Shown: positions 27,101-42,100, numbered from the stretch's first letter. The stretch is 64,000 nt of DNA from Callorhinchus milii (GCF_018977255.1 NW_024704742.1:12464001-12528000); one strand, 5' to 3'. A program made the numbers and translations. The notes: a model not told the origin generated them from the sequence alone.

Positions 27101-30100
27101 CTCTCTCATATCCTCCCAGACTTCAAATTAGCTTCCTCCTTGCATCCTCACTCTGGAATAAAAACTACTCATAATTCAATTTTTACAAGCACTTCAAAAC
27201 TGTGGAATCCTTCTCTCCCTCAGTCTTCTTTCCTCCTACAATTCAAAATGCTAAGCTTGGCATCTTCCCTTGACAACTATGTACTTTGGTTTACAAAAAA
27301 TTACCTTCACCACACAGATAACATGTTATTAGTTACTTTTTTGGTTGTTATTTTCTTTGTTTCACATATCCTCGTTCACACTGCTTCTTGATCTCCCCTC
27401 CTGCTCTTTCCCACCTTGGTGGTGTTCCATAGTGTGGGCCTTCAATCTTTGCCTAGGTTTCTAGTTTAAAGAAATATCTGGCAGGATCAGGCTTGGAGGG
27501 GTGGAAAGGTTGCACTACTATTTTCCAGCTTTGATCAATAGATCTGGGGAAAAAAAAGTTTTCAAGCATACACAATTACTCCTTCAAATGCCAGCAATGT
27601 GCAGATATGCTCATGCTGCGTGGCAGCTGTTGCCAGATAGGAACGTTTAAGAGAATGAAGACGACATATCTTTTTCTCTTTGTATAAATGGCTTTGCATA
27701 GCATTGTGACTTTAATAGCTGGCACAGCTAGATACGCCTAGTGATGCAATTTGTCAGAGGTCACATGGAGATTTTGAAATGATTTTAAATAGCAGTGAAA
27801 GATAATCACATTGCTCCTCTTCAAAACTGTTGGTTGCTTTCCAGCTTCTGCAGGTGATTTTACTTCTGTTTTGTGTCATTGCATTGTATTACCGCTGCAT
27901 CACTGAAGAGATGTGTCCAATTAGAGTTCCCCTCACACTGAGGGCACAAACAGCTAAACCTAAGCAGAGCTGTTACAAGACCCAGATTGCACAGTAACTG
28001 AACTCTGATCACCTTGAGGGAAGGTGTTTCATTGAATTAAAGTGTTTCATTGAACAGGTCTGTTCATCACTTGTGTGTTTGATGACCAATGGGTCCTGTC
28101 ACCTACAACAACAACGACAAGATTTCATTTATAGAGCATCTTTCACGTTGGGAGGACGTCCCAAGGTGCTGGACAGTTGGGTCGGGACCCGAGCAGGTCA
28201 GGGTGAGGGGAGGGAGTAGAGAGGGGAGTTGAAGGCACGGTCGAAGAGAAAGGTCTTGAGACCGGCCTTGAAGGAGGAAAGGGAGGAGGCGGCGAAGGCA
28301 CTGGGGGATAGAGTTCCAGAGCCTGGGGGTTGAGAGGCTGAAGGCCCGGCCACCGATGGTAGGGCGGTTGGGGCGGGGGATGTGGAGCAGACTGGAGCCA
28401 GACGATACGGACAGGTAAGTAGGGGGATAGTAGGTCGGAGAGGTAGGAGGGAGGAAGGCTGTGAATGGACTTGCAGGTGAGGAAGAGGATCTTGAATTTG
28501 ATCCTCTGGGGGATGGGGAGCCAGTGGAGGCGAGCGAGGGTGGGAGTGATGTGGTCCCGAAGCCTGGTGCGGGACAGTACACGAGCTGTAGAGTTCTGAA
28601 TGACCTGCCGCTTGTGGAGGGAGATGCCGGGAAGGCCGGCGAGGAGAGAGTTCCCATAGTCCAGCCTTGAGGTGATAAAGGCGTGGTCCAGAGTTTTAGC
28701 AGTGTGAGGTAGTGCCGTAGTCTGGCGATGTTTCGAAGGTGATGGAAGGCGGTGCCAGTTGTGGCGCGGATATGAGGAAGAAAGGACAGCTCAGGGTCGA
28801 ACAGAACGCCGAGGTTCCTGATGGCCTTGAGAGGTGAAGAGTGCAGCCTTGGATGCTGTTGCAACCTTGACCTACTAGAGGAATGTTGCTACTTTTGAGC
28901 TAATATACAACACACCCTTGTACACCATGACCTTGATTCTGTGGTGGAAGGTACCAATTGGTACCAATGAAAAAAAGACGTTCTGCTTAATTTTGCCCAC
29001 AAATATGCAGTCTGTTCTGGGAAGCACTTTGATATATTGAGAAGATGTGAAAAAGCGCTACATCAAAAGCAAGGATTATTATTATTATTTATTATAACTT
29101 ATACTTATGCAGCACCTTATTGTGTTGAAACATCTCAAAATGCTTAACGGTTAATTATTGCCAGATGTGGTGACTTTTTTATAGGCAAAAGTAGCAATTC
29201 TATGCACCAGTAAAGTCCTACAAACAGCAACAAAACCTAGCAAGAATAGAGGGGAACCAAGAAGACAATGTTAACGAGCACTTGGAGAAATTAATAGTAA
29301 AGAAATGGTTTTAGATAAATTGTCATGTCTTAAAACTGATAAATCCCCTGGACCTGATGGCCTACATCCTAGGGTTTTAAAAGAGGTGGCTCCTGAGATT
29401 GTGGATGGCTTGTCTTTGATCTTCCAAAATTCTCTGGATTCTGGAACGGTTCTCATTAATTGGAAGTTCGCAAACGTAACACCACTATTTAAGAAGGGTG
29501 GGAGAGAGCAGATGGGGAACTATAGACCATATAGTCTGACATCAGTGGTAGGGAAAATTCTTCGGTCCTTAATTAAAGATGTCGTTATGGGATTCCTGGA
29601 GACCAAAACAAGATTAGGCAGAGTCAACATGGCTTTACAAAAGGGAAGTCTTGCTTAATTAATCTTTTAGAGTTTTTTGAAGACGTATCTAGCAGGTTAG
29701 ATAGGGGGGAACCAGTAGATGTAATATATTTAGATTTTCAGAAGGCATTTGACAAAGTGCCAAACAAAAGGCTGTTGCACAAGGTTAAGGCCCACATATT
29801 AGCATGGATTGAAGAGTGGCTAAAGAGTAGAAAACAGAGTAGGGATAAACGGATCATTCTCGAATTGGCAGGATGTGACTATTGGAGTGCCACAAGGATC
29901 AGTGCTTGGGCCTCAGCAATTTACGTCAATGATCTAGACGAGGACATTGAATGTAACATATCTAAATTTGCAGATGACACTAAACTAGGTGGGAGAGTAA
30001 GCTCTGAGGATGATGCAAAAAGATTGCAACAGGATATAGATAGACTCGGGGAGTGGGCGAGTAGGTGGCAGATGGAATTTAATATGGAGAAATGTGAAGT

Positions 30101-33100
30101 TATTCACCTAGGTTGCAAAAATAGAAAAACAGATTATTTTCTAGAAGGGTAGAGATTAGATAGTGTTAGTGTTCAGAGGGATTTGGGTGTCCTTGTACAC
30201 CAGTCTCAAAAAGTTAGTTTGTAGGTCCAGCAAGCAACTAAGAAGGCGAATGGCATGTTAGCGTTCATTGCAAAAGGTTTAGAGTACAAGAGTAGGGAGG
30301 TCTTGCTGCAACTGTATAGGGCCTTGGTGAGACTGAACCTAGAGTATTGTGTGCAGTTTTGGTCTCCTTATTTAAAAAAGGACATACTTGCCTTAGAGGG
30401 GGTGCAGCTTAGATTCACAAGGTTAGTTCCTGAGATGAGGGGACTGACCGATGAGGATAGGCTGAATAAACTAGGGCTATATTCTCTAGAGTACAGAAAA
30501 ATTAGAGGAGATCTTATTGAAACATATAAGATTCTTAAAGGGCTGATAAAGTAGACACTGAGGGTCTGTTTCCCCTGGTAGGAGAATCTATAACCAGGGG
30601 TCACAGTCTTAAAATTAAGAGTCAGCCTTTTAGAACAGAGTTGAGGAAACATTTCTTCACTCGGAGGGTAGTGAATTTATGGAATTCACTACTCCAGAAG
30701 GCTGTAGCTGCTCAGTCCTTGAACATTTTCAAGGCTGAGACTGATAGATTTTTTTAAAAATAGGGGGATTATGGGATATGGGGATAGGGCAGGTAATTAG
30801 AGTTAGGTCTGAAGATCAGCCATGATCTTATCGAATGGCGGGGCAGGCTCGAGGGGCCAAATAGTCTACTCCTGCTCCTAATTCTTATGTTCTTATATTT
30901 GTACAGCACCTTTCACATCAGGAGGATATCCCAAGGTGCTGGACAGTCAGAGATCCGCACCCGAGCTGGTGGTTGGGTTCAGGAGGGTTGGAGGGTGGGG
31001 TGATATGTAGGCTTAGTGTCAAACTGCTTGTCAATAAGTTCCTAATCATCAAACAACAATATATGATCCAAGTTCAGAGAGGGTGTTTCAGAATGAAGGC
31101 ATTGAAAGAACATCCTGCATACCAAAATACAAAGGAATTAATAGCATGGAACAGGCACCTTGCATGGCTGGGGNAAAAAAAATTCTTGTGTTAAGTTATG
31201 TTTCTATTGAACTTTGGTGAATCAATGAATCTCTTGTGAAGCAGAATTCCTCAGTCTGATTTGATTAATAAGACCAGGTAACAATAATAATAACAATCCT
31301 TGCATTTGATATAACGCCTTATCACATCTTCGAGACATCTCAAAACGCTACACAGAATATATTGTAACGTGAATTGACTGTATATTTTGTGAGCAAAACT
31401 AAGTATTATTAGGGATGGCAAATGTTTATTCTTGTTTGAAACAGCGACTTGTTTTGATGTGTCCCCCTTCAAAATAAAAGCATAACTCATGCAATTCAGT
31501 ATAATTGTGGTCTGTCACTTGTATTGATCTGGAATCCTGCAGATATTTTGCTGACAGCCTTGAATTAACATTAGGATCAGCATTAGAAAAAAAAATTCTA
31601 TTGCCAATAATTCAGAAACATTTCCTAGCCAAGGTTTGAAACCCTCCATTGGACTGTAAGATCTACTGACAGGTTAATGTTTTCAAAGAAAAAATATAGC
31701 CTGCATTAACCTCAGAATAAATGCAAAGCATTCAAGGCGGGAAATGGCCTGAAGCCCTTTAAAGTCTGTGGCAAGTCTCCTGTCTCTGATGGCTCAGATG
31801 TTGAGCTATGATACTGTCCTGCTCAGGCTCACCACTGTCCAGCTGAGCTGTGGCCCCAGGTCTCTGAAGTACATGGTGACAATGGAGGAGACTGCAAGGT
31901 TCTTCATGACTCTGGAGTCTTGCAATAAAGGTCCAGCTGTAAGATAAACCAGATGGAGAATAATGTTAAGTTTATATCATCACTTCAGCAAAGGGAAAGT
32001 GCCACTTTACATAGCCCACCAAAAATCCCTTTAAGAGATCCTCCTGACATGAAAAGTGCTATATCAAAGGCAAGGATGATTATTATTATTTAATAAACTG
32101 TGCTGAATATCAGTTGGAGCACGTGTACATGTTTTATGTAGAACCAGTCAAGGTTGTCCTGTTTAGAGTGACAATCACTTATCAAAAATGTATAACCTCT
32201 CTCTATGCATCATATATGGAGTCGTGGAGCCCTGTAGCTCAGTGGTTAGAGCACTCGCTTTGCAAGCGAGAGACCTGAGTTTAATTCCAGGCAGAGGGCG
32301 AAACCTTGGGCAAGTTTCCTTACTCCACACGCCTAATAATAATCCCTCCAAAACCAAAAAAAAAACAATAATAAATTGTTAATTTTCAATCCACGACTGT
32401 TTGTGGGACATTGCTGTGCGCAATTGGCTGCCGCGTTCGCCCACAAATATACAGTCAATTCACTCTACAGTGTGTTCTGTGAAGCGCTTTGGGACGTCCT
32501 CGCGACGTGAAAAGCGCTATATCAAATGCAAGGATTATTATTATTAATCTTAATTTCAGGCTACAGCAACAACAACTTGGATTTATGTAGGACCCTCCAC
32601 GCCAGATGGCATCTCAGAGCGCTTTACAGTAACGGATCCCGGGACCGAGCCAGGGGGAGGGGGAGGAAGGTGATCAAAAGACGCGGTCGAAAAAGAAAGG
32701 TCTTCAGCAGAGACCTGAAAATGGGAAGGGAGGGAGCGAGGCGAAGGGAGTGAGGAAAGCAGTTCCAGAGCCTCAGGGCATAGTGGCTGAAGGCACAGCC
32801 GCCAAAGGTGGAGTGGATCACCCGAGGAACAAGGAGGAGGCCAGATCCAGAGGAACAAAGGCAATGGGTGCTGTTTTGAGGAGAGAGGAAGTCAGAGAGG
32901 TAGGGGGGTGCATAGGAGAGCAGGGACTTAAATACAAAGGTGAGGATCTTGAAGTTGATCCTCTCTGGGAGAGGCAGCCAGTGCAGTCTGGCAAGGACTG
33001 GGGTGATCGGGGAACGGAGTTTGTGCGGGTGAGAATGCGGGCGGCAGAGTTTTGAATGATTTGGATTTTATGGATGGTAGTGGATGGGAGGCCGGTGAGG

Positions 33101-36100
33101 AGGGCATTAGAATAGTCCAACCGAGAGGTGACAAAGGCATGGACCAGGATTTTAGTGGATTTCAGAGAGAGGTATTGGCGGAGACGAGTGGTGCGTCGGA
33201 GGTGGAAGGAAGTGGTGCTGGTGAGGGACTGGATGTGGGGGAGGAAGGATAATTGGGTGTCGAACCGGACATCTAGGTTGCGTACGGATTCTGAGAGTTT
33301 TAGGGGGAGGTCGGGTAGGTGGAGGGGGTGAGAGCCGTGAAATTTTAGACGTTGACGAAAACGTCAAAGGGGTCGCAAAGAGGTGGAAAAATAGATTTGG
33401 GTGTCATCTGCATACATGTGGAAATGTACCCCATGTCTGCGGATGACATCCCCAAGAGGGAGCATACAGATCAGAAAGAGGTGGGGGCCAAAGATGAATC
33501 CTTGGGGTACCCCGCAGGTAACCGGTTGAGAGCAGGAGGAGAAGCCATTTGTGCAGATGTACTGCTGGCAGTTTGTGAGGTAGGACTCGAACCAGGCGAG
33601 TACGGTCCCACTGAGGTGGATGACGGAGGAAAGGCTGTGGAGGCGGATGGCACGATCGACTGTGTCGAACGCGGCGGAGAGGTCCAGGAGGACAAGGAGG
33701 CAGAGGGAGCCCTGGTCACAGATAGAGAGGATGTCATTTATGACTTTCGCAAGCGCAGTCTCTGTACTGTGGGCAGGGAGGAAACCGGATTGGAGGGGCT
33801 CAAAGAGGGAGTGGGAGGAGAGGTGTGCATGAAGGTGGTTGGCATTGACGCGATCTAGAACTTTTGTGAGGAAGGACAGGTTAAAAATGGGGTGGTAATG
33901 GCTGGGGTTTGAGGGATCTAGGGAGGGCTTTTTCAGGAGGGGCTGATGACCGCAGTTTTGAGGGAGGCAGTGACTGATCCAGCGGAGAGGGACTGGTTGA
34001 TGATGTCAGCCAGTAGTGGGCAGAGGAGGGAGAGCAGTAAGTAAGTTGGTGGGCAGGGGGTCGAGGCAGCAGGTGGTGGGTTTCATGGAGGTGATGGTTG
34101 GTGAGTGGGGAGGAGGGAGAGATGGGGAGGAAGGAATGTAGAATAGGGGTGGTGGTAGGAGCTGATGATGAGGAAGATGAGGGGGACAGAAAGGGCGAGG
34201 TGGTGGGTGACAAGATGCTGGTGGATGAGGCTGCCTGGCTGATGTTAATTATTTTAGAAGAAAAGAAGTCCATGACCTCCTCGCACTTGGCATTTGATAC
34301 GAAGATTGAGGAGGCCTGAGTGGGTGCACGGAGGAGGTAGTGGGTGGTGGAAAAAAGGATTTTTGGGTTGTGTTTAGCCTCCAAGAAGACGTTGGAGTTG
34401 AAGCCGTTTTTGCACGAGTCAAAGAACGGCGGTAGCTGTGGAGATGCTCAAGCCACAGTTGGCGGTGGACTGTCAGGCCAGTTTTCCGCCATCTCCGCTC
34501 GAGCAGACGGGTTTGGATTTTTTTGTGGCTGAGATTGTTGTACCAGGGTATTCGGGTGTGTTTAGAGATGGTCCTAGATTTCAGGGGCACGAGGGAGTTG
34601 AAGGTGGAGGAGAGGCGATCATGGAGCAGCTGGAAGGCTGCTTCAGGATCTCCACAGGTGGAGGGCCAGAGGCATAGGATATTTGATGATGAGAGGGCCT
34701 TCGTGAGGGTCTCAGGGTGTAGCCTTTTCCAAGGGTGGTAGAGGATGGTTGAAGGCTTGGTGGAGGAGAGGGATGTGAGAGAAGGAGATGAAAAAGTGGT
34801 CCAAGATGGCCTTGTCCACTATGCCGAGGAGGGAAATGTCAAGGCCACAGCTGATGACGAGGTCAAGTGCATGACCGCAGTTGTGGGTGGGTGAATTTAT
34901 ATGGCGGGTAAGGTTTAGGGAGGAGACGCGGGTAGTGAAATCAGCAGAAGTGGTGCAAGGGGAGTTTAGGTGGAGTTTGAAATCGTCCATTATGAGTAGG
35001 CGCTCAGAGCAGAGGGACAGGGAAGAGACGAGGGTAGAGATGTCTGCGTGGAAGGAACCGCGGGGCTTGGGGGTGTGGTAGACGAGGAGGATTTTCAAAG
35101 AGAGAGAGAGAGGTGGAAGAGGGTGAGGTGCTCAAAGGAGGGGAAGCAGCCAAAGGTGTAGGAGATGAGACCAAGGGAGGCTTTGGAAATGAAGGCCACC
35201 CCGGCACCACGTTGGTTTGGACGGGGGGTGTTGTGGAAGGTGTAGCCTGGAGGGGAGGCTTCCACTAGGGGTATGGGGTCATTGTGGGAGAGCCAGGTTT
35301 TGGTGACCCCAAGAATGTTAAGGTGCTCGACCAGGTGACGTTGTGGATGGTGAGGGCTTTATTTGAGAGGGAGTAGACATTTTGGAGGGAAATGCGGGTG
35401 GTTTTGCAGGAGGGAGGGGAAGGAGGAGAGAGTGGTGCAGAGAGGATTTTGGGTGTACAGGAGAGATGGTTGTGGAGAGTGGTGTGAGTGGACAGTTGGG
35501 GAGGGTACGTATGAGCGATGGGAAGTTGGGTTTGCCTTAAGGAGGCAGTTTGAGCGGAGGGAGTGAATGATGGGACAGTTGGGGTTGCTGATGCCCAGGC
35601 TGGAGCAGTGGGAAGTGGTGATGGGCTCAAGGAGAGAGAGAAGGCGGGGGGAGCAGTGGAAGAGAAGGACAGAGGGGAAGTAGCGGATAGTGGGGAGTGA
35701 GAGGAGAGACATTTAGGGGGAGGCTCAGGTTGGGCAGCAGCCAAAATGCGCACGCAGAGACCAGGAGCAAGCGATCAGCAGAACAGCATCAGCCCGCAGG
35801 CTTAGCCTCCCATGTCATGGTCAAGTGGCAGTGGCTGCCCGGCCACTGTTGTTGCTGGGTTTTTTATTAACTGTGACATCACTTTGTGAAACACACCCAC
35901 CCCGTCACTTACCTCAGCTCCGACCTCCACTCCCAACTGAGTGGCTCCTCACCTGACTGTGCTTTATATACACAGCTAGGCCTCAGCTCCGCCCCACACT
36001 CTCCTACCTTACACCTGCTTCCCCCTCTGCACCTAATTCCCCCTCTGCACCTAATTCCCCCTCTCACCCAATTCCTTCTCCCTCTGGCCTCACCTCAGTC

Positions 36101-39100
36101 CAGACATAGCTCGCTCTCTGCTTGAGTGAGGCTCTCGCAGTTATTCCCTTGTTATACCCTCTGGATGCAACCAGTTTCTGATTGGTCAGCAGTAATTTAG
36201 AATTAACACCTAATCAAGTGATTAATCAGTATGTTGCTTGTTATTGGTTAAGTCTAATTAGCTACAGCTGCTCCTTGTAGAGTTTCACCACGAGACCAAT
36301 CTACCAATGGTATCAAGAGTTTTAAGTAGCACAACACTTGAACACTCACGATAGCAGTTCCCACAGCAATTTCCACTCTCACTCAATTCCTTCTCACTCT
36401 GGCTATACGATCATGCAGATTAAACTCAATTCTGCCCCATCTGACCTCCACACAATCATGTATAATACAATACAGATTTATATTTAAAGACACCTTTCAC
36501 ATCAGGAGAGCATCCTTTCAGCACTCACAGAGTACTGATGAGCAGGAACCTCTACTGATTGTACCTGGAGCTATTGTAATCAATTGTAGTGCCCTCTGGC
36601 TGAGATTAGCTAACTCAGCACAAAAATAACAATGGCATCTTTGACCTTCCTCGTCCTTATACTTAGATCACACAGTGGCCAGTGAATTTACCAACCGAGC
36701 TGTCAGAAAGCTGTGTATATTTTATTTTTGCGCCTCTTTAAGTGCCATGTCCAATGGCATCCAAGAGATCAACTAGGAGGAAGCAAGACCCATCAGGGTG
36801 ACACTGCACAATAGATTCAATGTGACATATGTTATGAAATATTATAAATATCATAGGAACAGGAATAGGCCATTCAGCCAGTCGAGCTGTTCCGCCATTT
36901 AATTAGATCATGACTGATCTATATCTTTGCTAGAATTTACTAGAATTTCAAATCCAATTTCCCGCTTTCTCCCTGTATCCCTTAATACCCTGACCTACCA
37001 AAAATCTGTCAATCTCTTTCTTGAAGGTGTGGATGGATCCAGGATCCAGCATTAACAACCTTTTGGGGGAGAGAGTTTCAGATTTCTACCACCCTTTGAG
37101 TGAAGAAATGCTTCCTAATTTCACTCTTTAATGGTTCTAATTTTAAGACTATACCCCCTTGTTTTGCATTCCCCCAACATAGGAAATAGCTTTTCTGCAC
37201 CGACCCAATCAAATCCCTTTATCATCCTAAAAACCTCCATCAAATCACCCCTCAATCTTCTAAACTCGAGGGAATACAATCCAGGTTTACGCAGCCTTTC
37301 CTCGTAATCTAACCCTTTTTGGCCTGGTAACATTCTGGTGAACCTGCGCAGTACCCTCTCCAAGGCCAATATATCTTTCCTGGGTGGCGGTGCCCAAAAC
37401 TTAACGCAGTACTCCAGGTGGGGTCTGACTAACGCTTTGTACAGCTGAAGCATCCTTTCTTCCCCTTTGTATTCCAGGTCTCTCGCGATAAAGGCCAACA
37501 TACCATTTTTGTTTGTTTTGCACCTGGGAACTAGTTTTTAGTGATTTGTGGACATAGATACCCAAATCGTTTTGCTCTTCCACAGCTCTTAATTTCTCCC
37601 CATTAAGTATTCTGCCCTATCTTTTTTCGGTCCATAGTGGATGACCTCGCACTTTCTTACATTGAACTCCATCTGCCACAGCTTTGCCCATTCACTTAAT
37701 CTGTAACTTCCTACTCCCATCTTCACTACTTGCTGAGCCTCCTATATTAGTGTCATCCACAAACTTGGATATAAAACTTTCTACTTCTTCATCCAAGTCA
37801 TTTATGTACATGGCAAAAACCTGAAGTCCCAGTACAGACCCCTGAGGGACAACACTTGTCATGTCCCCCCAATCAGAGAATGTTCCCTTAATCCCTATCC
37901 ACTGTTTTCTGCCTCCCAACCAATTGCGAAGCCATGTCACAAGGTCACCTCCGATTCTGTGTGCTTCTATTTTTGCTAATAATCTTTTGTGTGGAACCTT
38001 ATCAAATGCCTTTTGAAAGTCCATGCAAACGACATCCATAGACACTCTCTTATCAACCATTGTAGTGACTTTCTCAAACGCTGAACGCTGCATGAGACGG
38101 TGCGGGGGCTGGAGGAGAAGCCGTTAGCTGAGACAAAGTGGAGACGGTGTGAAAGGTAGGACCTGAATCAGTCAAGGACAGAACCTTGAGGTGGGAGGAG
38201 AGGTGGTGGAGGAGGATTGAATGGTCCACAGTGTCAAAAGCAGTGGAAAGGTTGAAGAGGATGAGTAGTAGGAGGGAGCCTTGGTCACACATGGTCAGGA
38301 TGTCATTTGTGACCTTGACCAGATTGGAGGGGCTCATGGAGGGAGTGAGAGGAGAGAAAAGAGTGAAGCTGGGGGCCAACGGCTCTCTCGAGGACCTTGG
38401 ACAGAAAAGGGACGTTGGAGATGGGCCGATAGCTGGAAAGCTGTGATGATTCAAGGGAAGGTTTCTTCAAGGTGGGGGTGATAATGGCTGTTTTGAGGGG
38501 GCTGGAACAGTGCCAGATGATGATGTCGGCGAGTAGTGGGGCAAGGAGGTGGAGCTGGGATTTAAGGAGAGGAGTGGGGATGTCCAGGGAGCAGGTAGTG
38601 GGCTTCATGGAGGATATGGTGGTGATGATAGAGGAGGGGGTGACGGGTTCAAAGGTGTGGAGGAGGGATGGGCAGTGGTTGGAGTGTGGGGGGGGGGCGG
38701 GGTAGGGAGGAGGTGGGAGTTGAGGGGGGCAATGGCAGCTGAGCAGATTCCCTCGATTTTGGACTCGAGGAAGTCCAGCATTTCTTCACAGTGGGAGTCG
38801 GAGGAAAGAATCTGCGAGGTGTGGCAGGGAGGGCAGAGGAGCCGGTTGGTGGTGGAGAACAGGAGCCTGGGGTTGCCCTTCGCCTCCAGGATTAGCCTGG
38901 AATAGAAGGATGATTTGGCCAAGGCGAGAGTGGAGCCGTAGGTTTTGATGTGGTACAGGCAGATGTGCTAGTGGCCGGATTTGAGCCAAGTGTGTTTGGC
39001 AGCCCACACCTGGCCCTAAGTAAGCAGAGGTGGCTGGTGAACTAGGGTGAGGATCGGGAATAGGAGGCAGTTCGGGAGGTGAGGGGGGCAAGGGAATCGA

Positions 39101-42100
39101 GTATGGTGGAGAGGGTGCTGTGGAAGAAAGTAAACACAGAGGATGGGTTGTGCAGGAAATAGGCCAGAGGAGGAGGAGTTCAGAGGACTCCAGGGCAGTA
39201 GAGGGGGATTGCAGGTAGATCTTCTTCCACGGGCGGTAGGAGATGATGGTAGGTTTGGAGGCAGTGGGGAGAAGGATATAGGATTTGAGGGAGATGAAAT
39301 GGTGGTCCGAGATGGCCTTGTCGGTGATGGTGACATTCAAGACACTGAGGCCCCGGGTGATCACCAGGTCGAGTGGGTGGCCGTGAACATAGGTAGCAGA
39401 GTGGATGTGGAGGGAGAGGTTGAGAAAGGAGAGGAGAGAGAAATCTGAGGAGGTGCAGCAAGAGGGGGTGAAGTGGAGGTTGAAGTGGCCTAGGATGATG
39501 AGGCGGTCGGAGAAGAGGCAGAGGGATGCTAGAAGGGAGGAGATGTCAGAGATGAAGGTGGGGGAGGATTTGGGGTAAATTAGGAGAATTTTTAGTGAGA
39601 GATTAAGGTGACCGCCTCCCATTGTTATTGATTGTGAACTGCTGTGCTTTGCTATTAAGCAATAAGCAATGTCAGTCAGGTAGCCAGCCAACTGCTACTT
39701 GTTATTCTGCTGTGAATAAGGCTTTCTTGAAGTTGTAGTTAATGAAGTGACATTGAATTTGGGTCACAAAAGTCTTCTCAAATCATAACCAATATGGCTT
39801 GAAGCCTGAACTCAGCTCATTAACAAAAGAAGCTTGCATGCTTTAACTCGGCTATATCGAAAATTCCCTGGCAGAGGTGATAGGAAAAGACGTATTGCAT
39901 GGTCTTATTGAATGTAGCCAACTGTGATCTCAAATTTGACACTGTCTGCCATTTGTCATGCTGAGTAGGATGTGACTGCACACATGGATGCACATTTTGC
40001 TAACAAAACTGGATGGTTCAAGTAATACTTGGATATAATAGTACATTTATTTTATACCAAGCCTAAAGGTATTCAACTTTGCTTCCTCTCAGCCCTGGCT
40101 CTTGTTCACACTCTGCCCTCACTGTCTCTCACACTCAGCTCTGATCTAAATTTAACAAATTCTGAGTGGAAGTAAGCTCATCAAGTCATATATAAACATG
40201 TGTGACAATCTTTAACTATATACACCAAAAAAAATTAAATTTGAGGAATTCCTTAATTATTGCCGACATTAATTAAAATATACCCCGGAATGTTATTCCA
40301 TAGACTTCACAAATGTTTGGTTTAAAACACACAATACAGTATGGATAAATTACATCAGCCATCATGCTCTATCCAGCTTTGACCCTCTCCTGCTGGAATC
40401 TAAAGTTTGCTAAATATTTTTTATTCTATCTGACTGCACCGCTTTAATATGCTTTAACATTCCCCTTCCATTTGGGTGGCTCCCATTGCAAAAACACGTC
40501 TGCAGTAAACGTTTGATTGCAATTCATTTTACTGTGCCTTCATTTAACGTTTACAATGCTTTCCTCGGGTTTATTTCAGATGTTTCACTACCAGTGAATG
40601 TGCGCTAATCAACTTTCATGGTAAATCTAGTAAACAACTCCTGTAATTTGGTAAATATGATAAACAAATGTACAATTAAATCTGCAAATTTGCTAAACAA
40701 CTGTCAGAATTTGGCAAAGTGAGTGAGCTTTTTTTTCGTTATGATTACCCCTTTCTAATGATGATGCAATGCACTGAGTTAGTGCAGTTCTTCATTTGTG
40801 CCTCTGTTTGATTCACTTAGACATAACAGCTGCCGATAATAAAATTATTTTCTCTACATCTATTGTGACTGGTTTCTTTGATGGAGTCATTAAAAAACAC
40901 AGAAGTTAATCCAATTCCCTCTGCTTTTTCACATCTCAAAATATACCTCTTTGTACCTAACCCTGCTTTCAGTTATCTTTCCATGCCCCATCCACCTCAG
41001 GTCCACCCTGAGCTCTGGTGACCATCCAGAATTGGCAAGTGCTTTGAGACATCCTCCCAATATGAAAGGCGCTATATATGTGTAAATTGTATTGTATGTA
41101 TTGTAAAGCAGTTCACACGATGATGATGATGATAATATTAATATTAACAATCCTTGTATTTGATATCGACAGACAAGATCTTGGTTTGATGAATGACACC
41201 ACCAACAATCAACACACACCCCCAATACCACATTGGACTGTCAGCCTAGCCTATATGAGTGCATCACATTAATTGGTGGTAGTAATTCTTTTAAAATAGG
41301 CAATGATATTTCAGATTGCTCAATTTGATCTATTCCTCAAATGATTGAAATCATGGGGATGAAAACAGTTGCAATGAGAGCCACCAGCAAGTAACTGGGA
41401 CATGTGTCACGCCAACCCACAGGAATTGCACTCTGTCCTGCCAGAGTAGATTGCATCCGAGCAGTGTTCCTGTAGGTTGGCTTCCCTGCCTGCGAGAGCC
41501 GCTATTTGGAATTGATGAACATTGCCCATTGCGAGCCTGCATATTCAAACAAAGTGAGCTGTGCCTTTCAGTTAGGGAGGTAATCACCCTCCTGTCTTCC
41601 ATTACAATCAGTGACACAATATGGATTTTATTTCACTCATTGTATGAGACTTGATCTGCTTTCTTTTGAAAGAAACAGTGCCTTTCCAATTATACCAACA
41701 CATTGCGCTAAGTGACAATACAAAGGTTAGCATCCAGTTGGCACAGTCCTGACAATGTGCAACCGAAGAATCATACATTCCTGCTATAAATTATAACAAA
41801 AATGTTCAACAAAACTTACTGCGTTCCAACTGAAGACCAACATGGGAAGGGTACCACTGAGAAGCTGTCAAGGACACGAAAATCAACTACAGTCATCATT
41901 TAGCATTTCTTACTCTTCATTGAAATACTTGGCTAATTTTAATGCAGTGCCAGTGTTTGTATTCACAGTCGAGAGCTGCTGGTAAGTATAACTGGGAACA
42001 ATGTCCCTAAAAACGTGTTATGTATTTCAGTCCAAAGCCCAAATATCTCTGCCACGGTGTTCCTGATCACGCCATTATCTAAAGATAGAATATTGCCTTA

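Noticed and set aside
35880..36420. Possible LINE 5' UTR or promoter-like block next to the long L2
   Set aside because: Could not assign it to a family or confirm that it belongs to the adjacent element.
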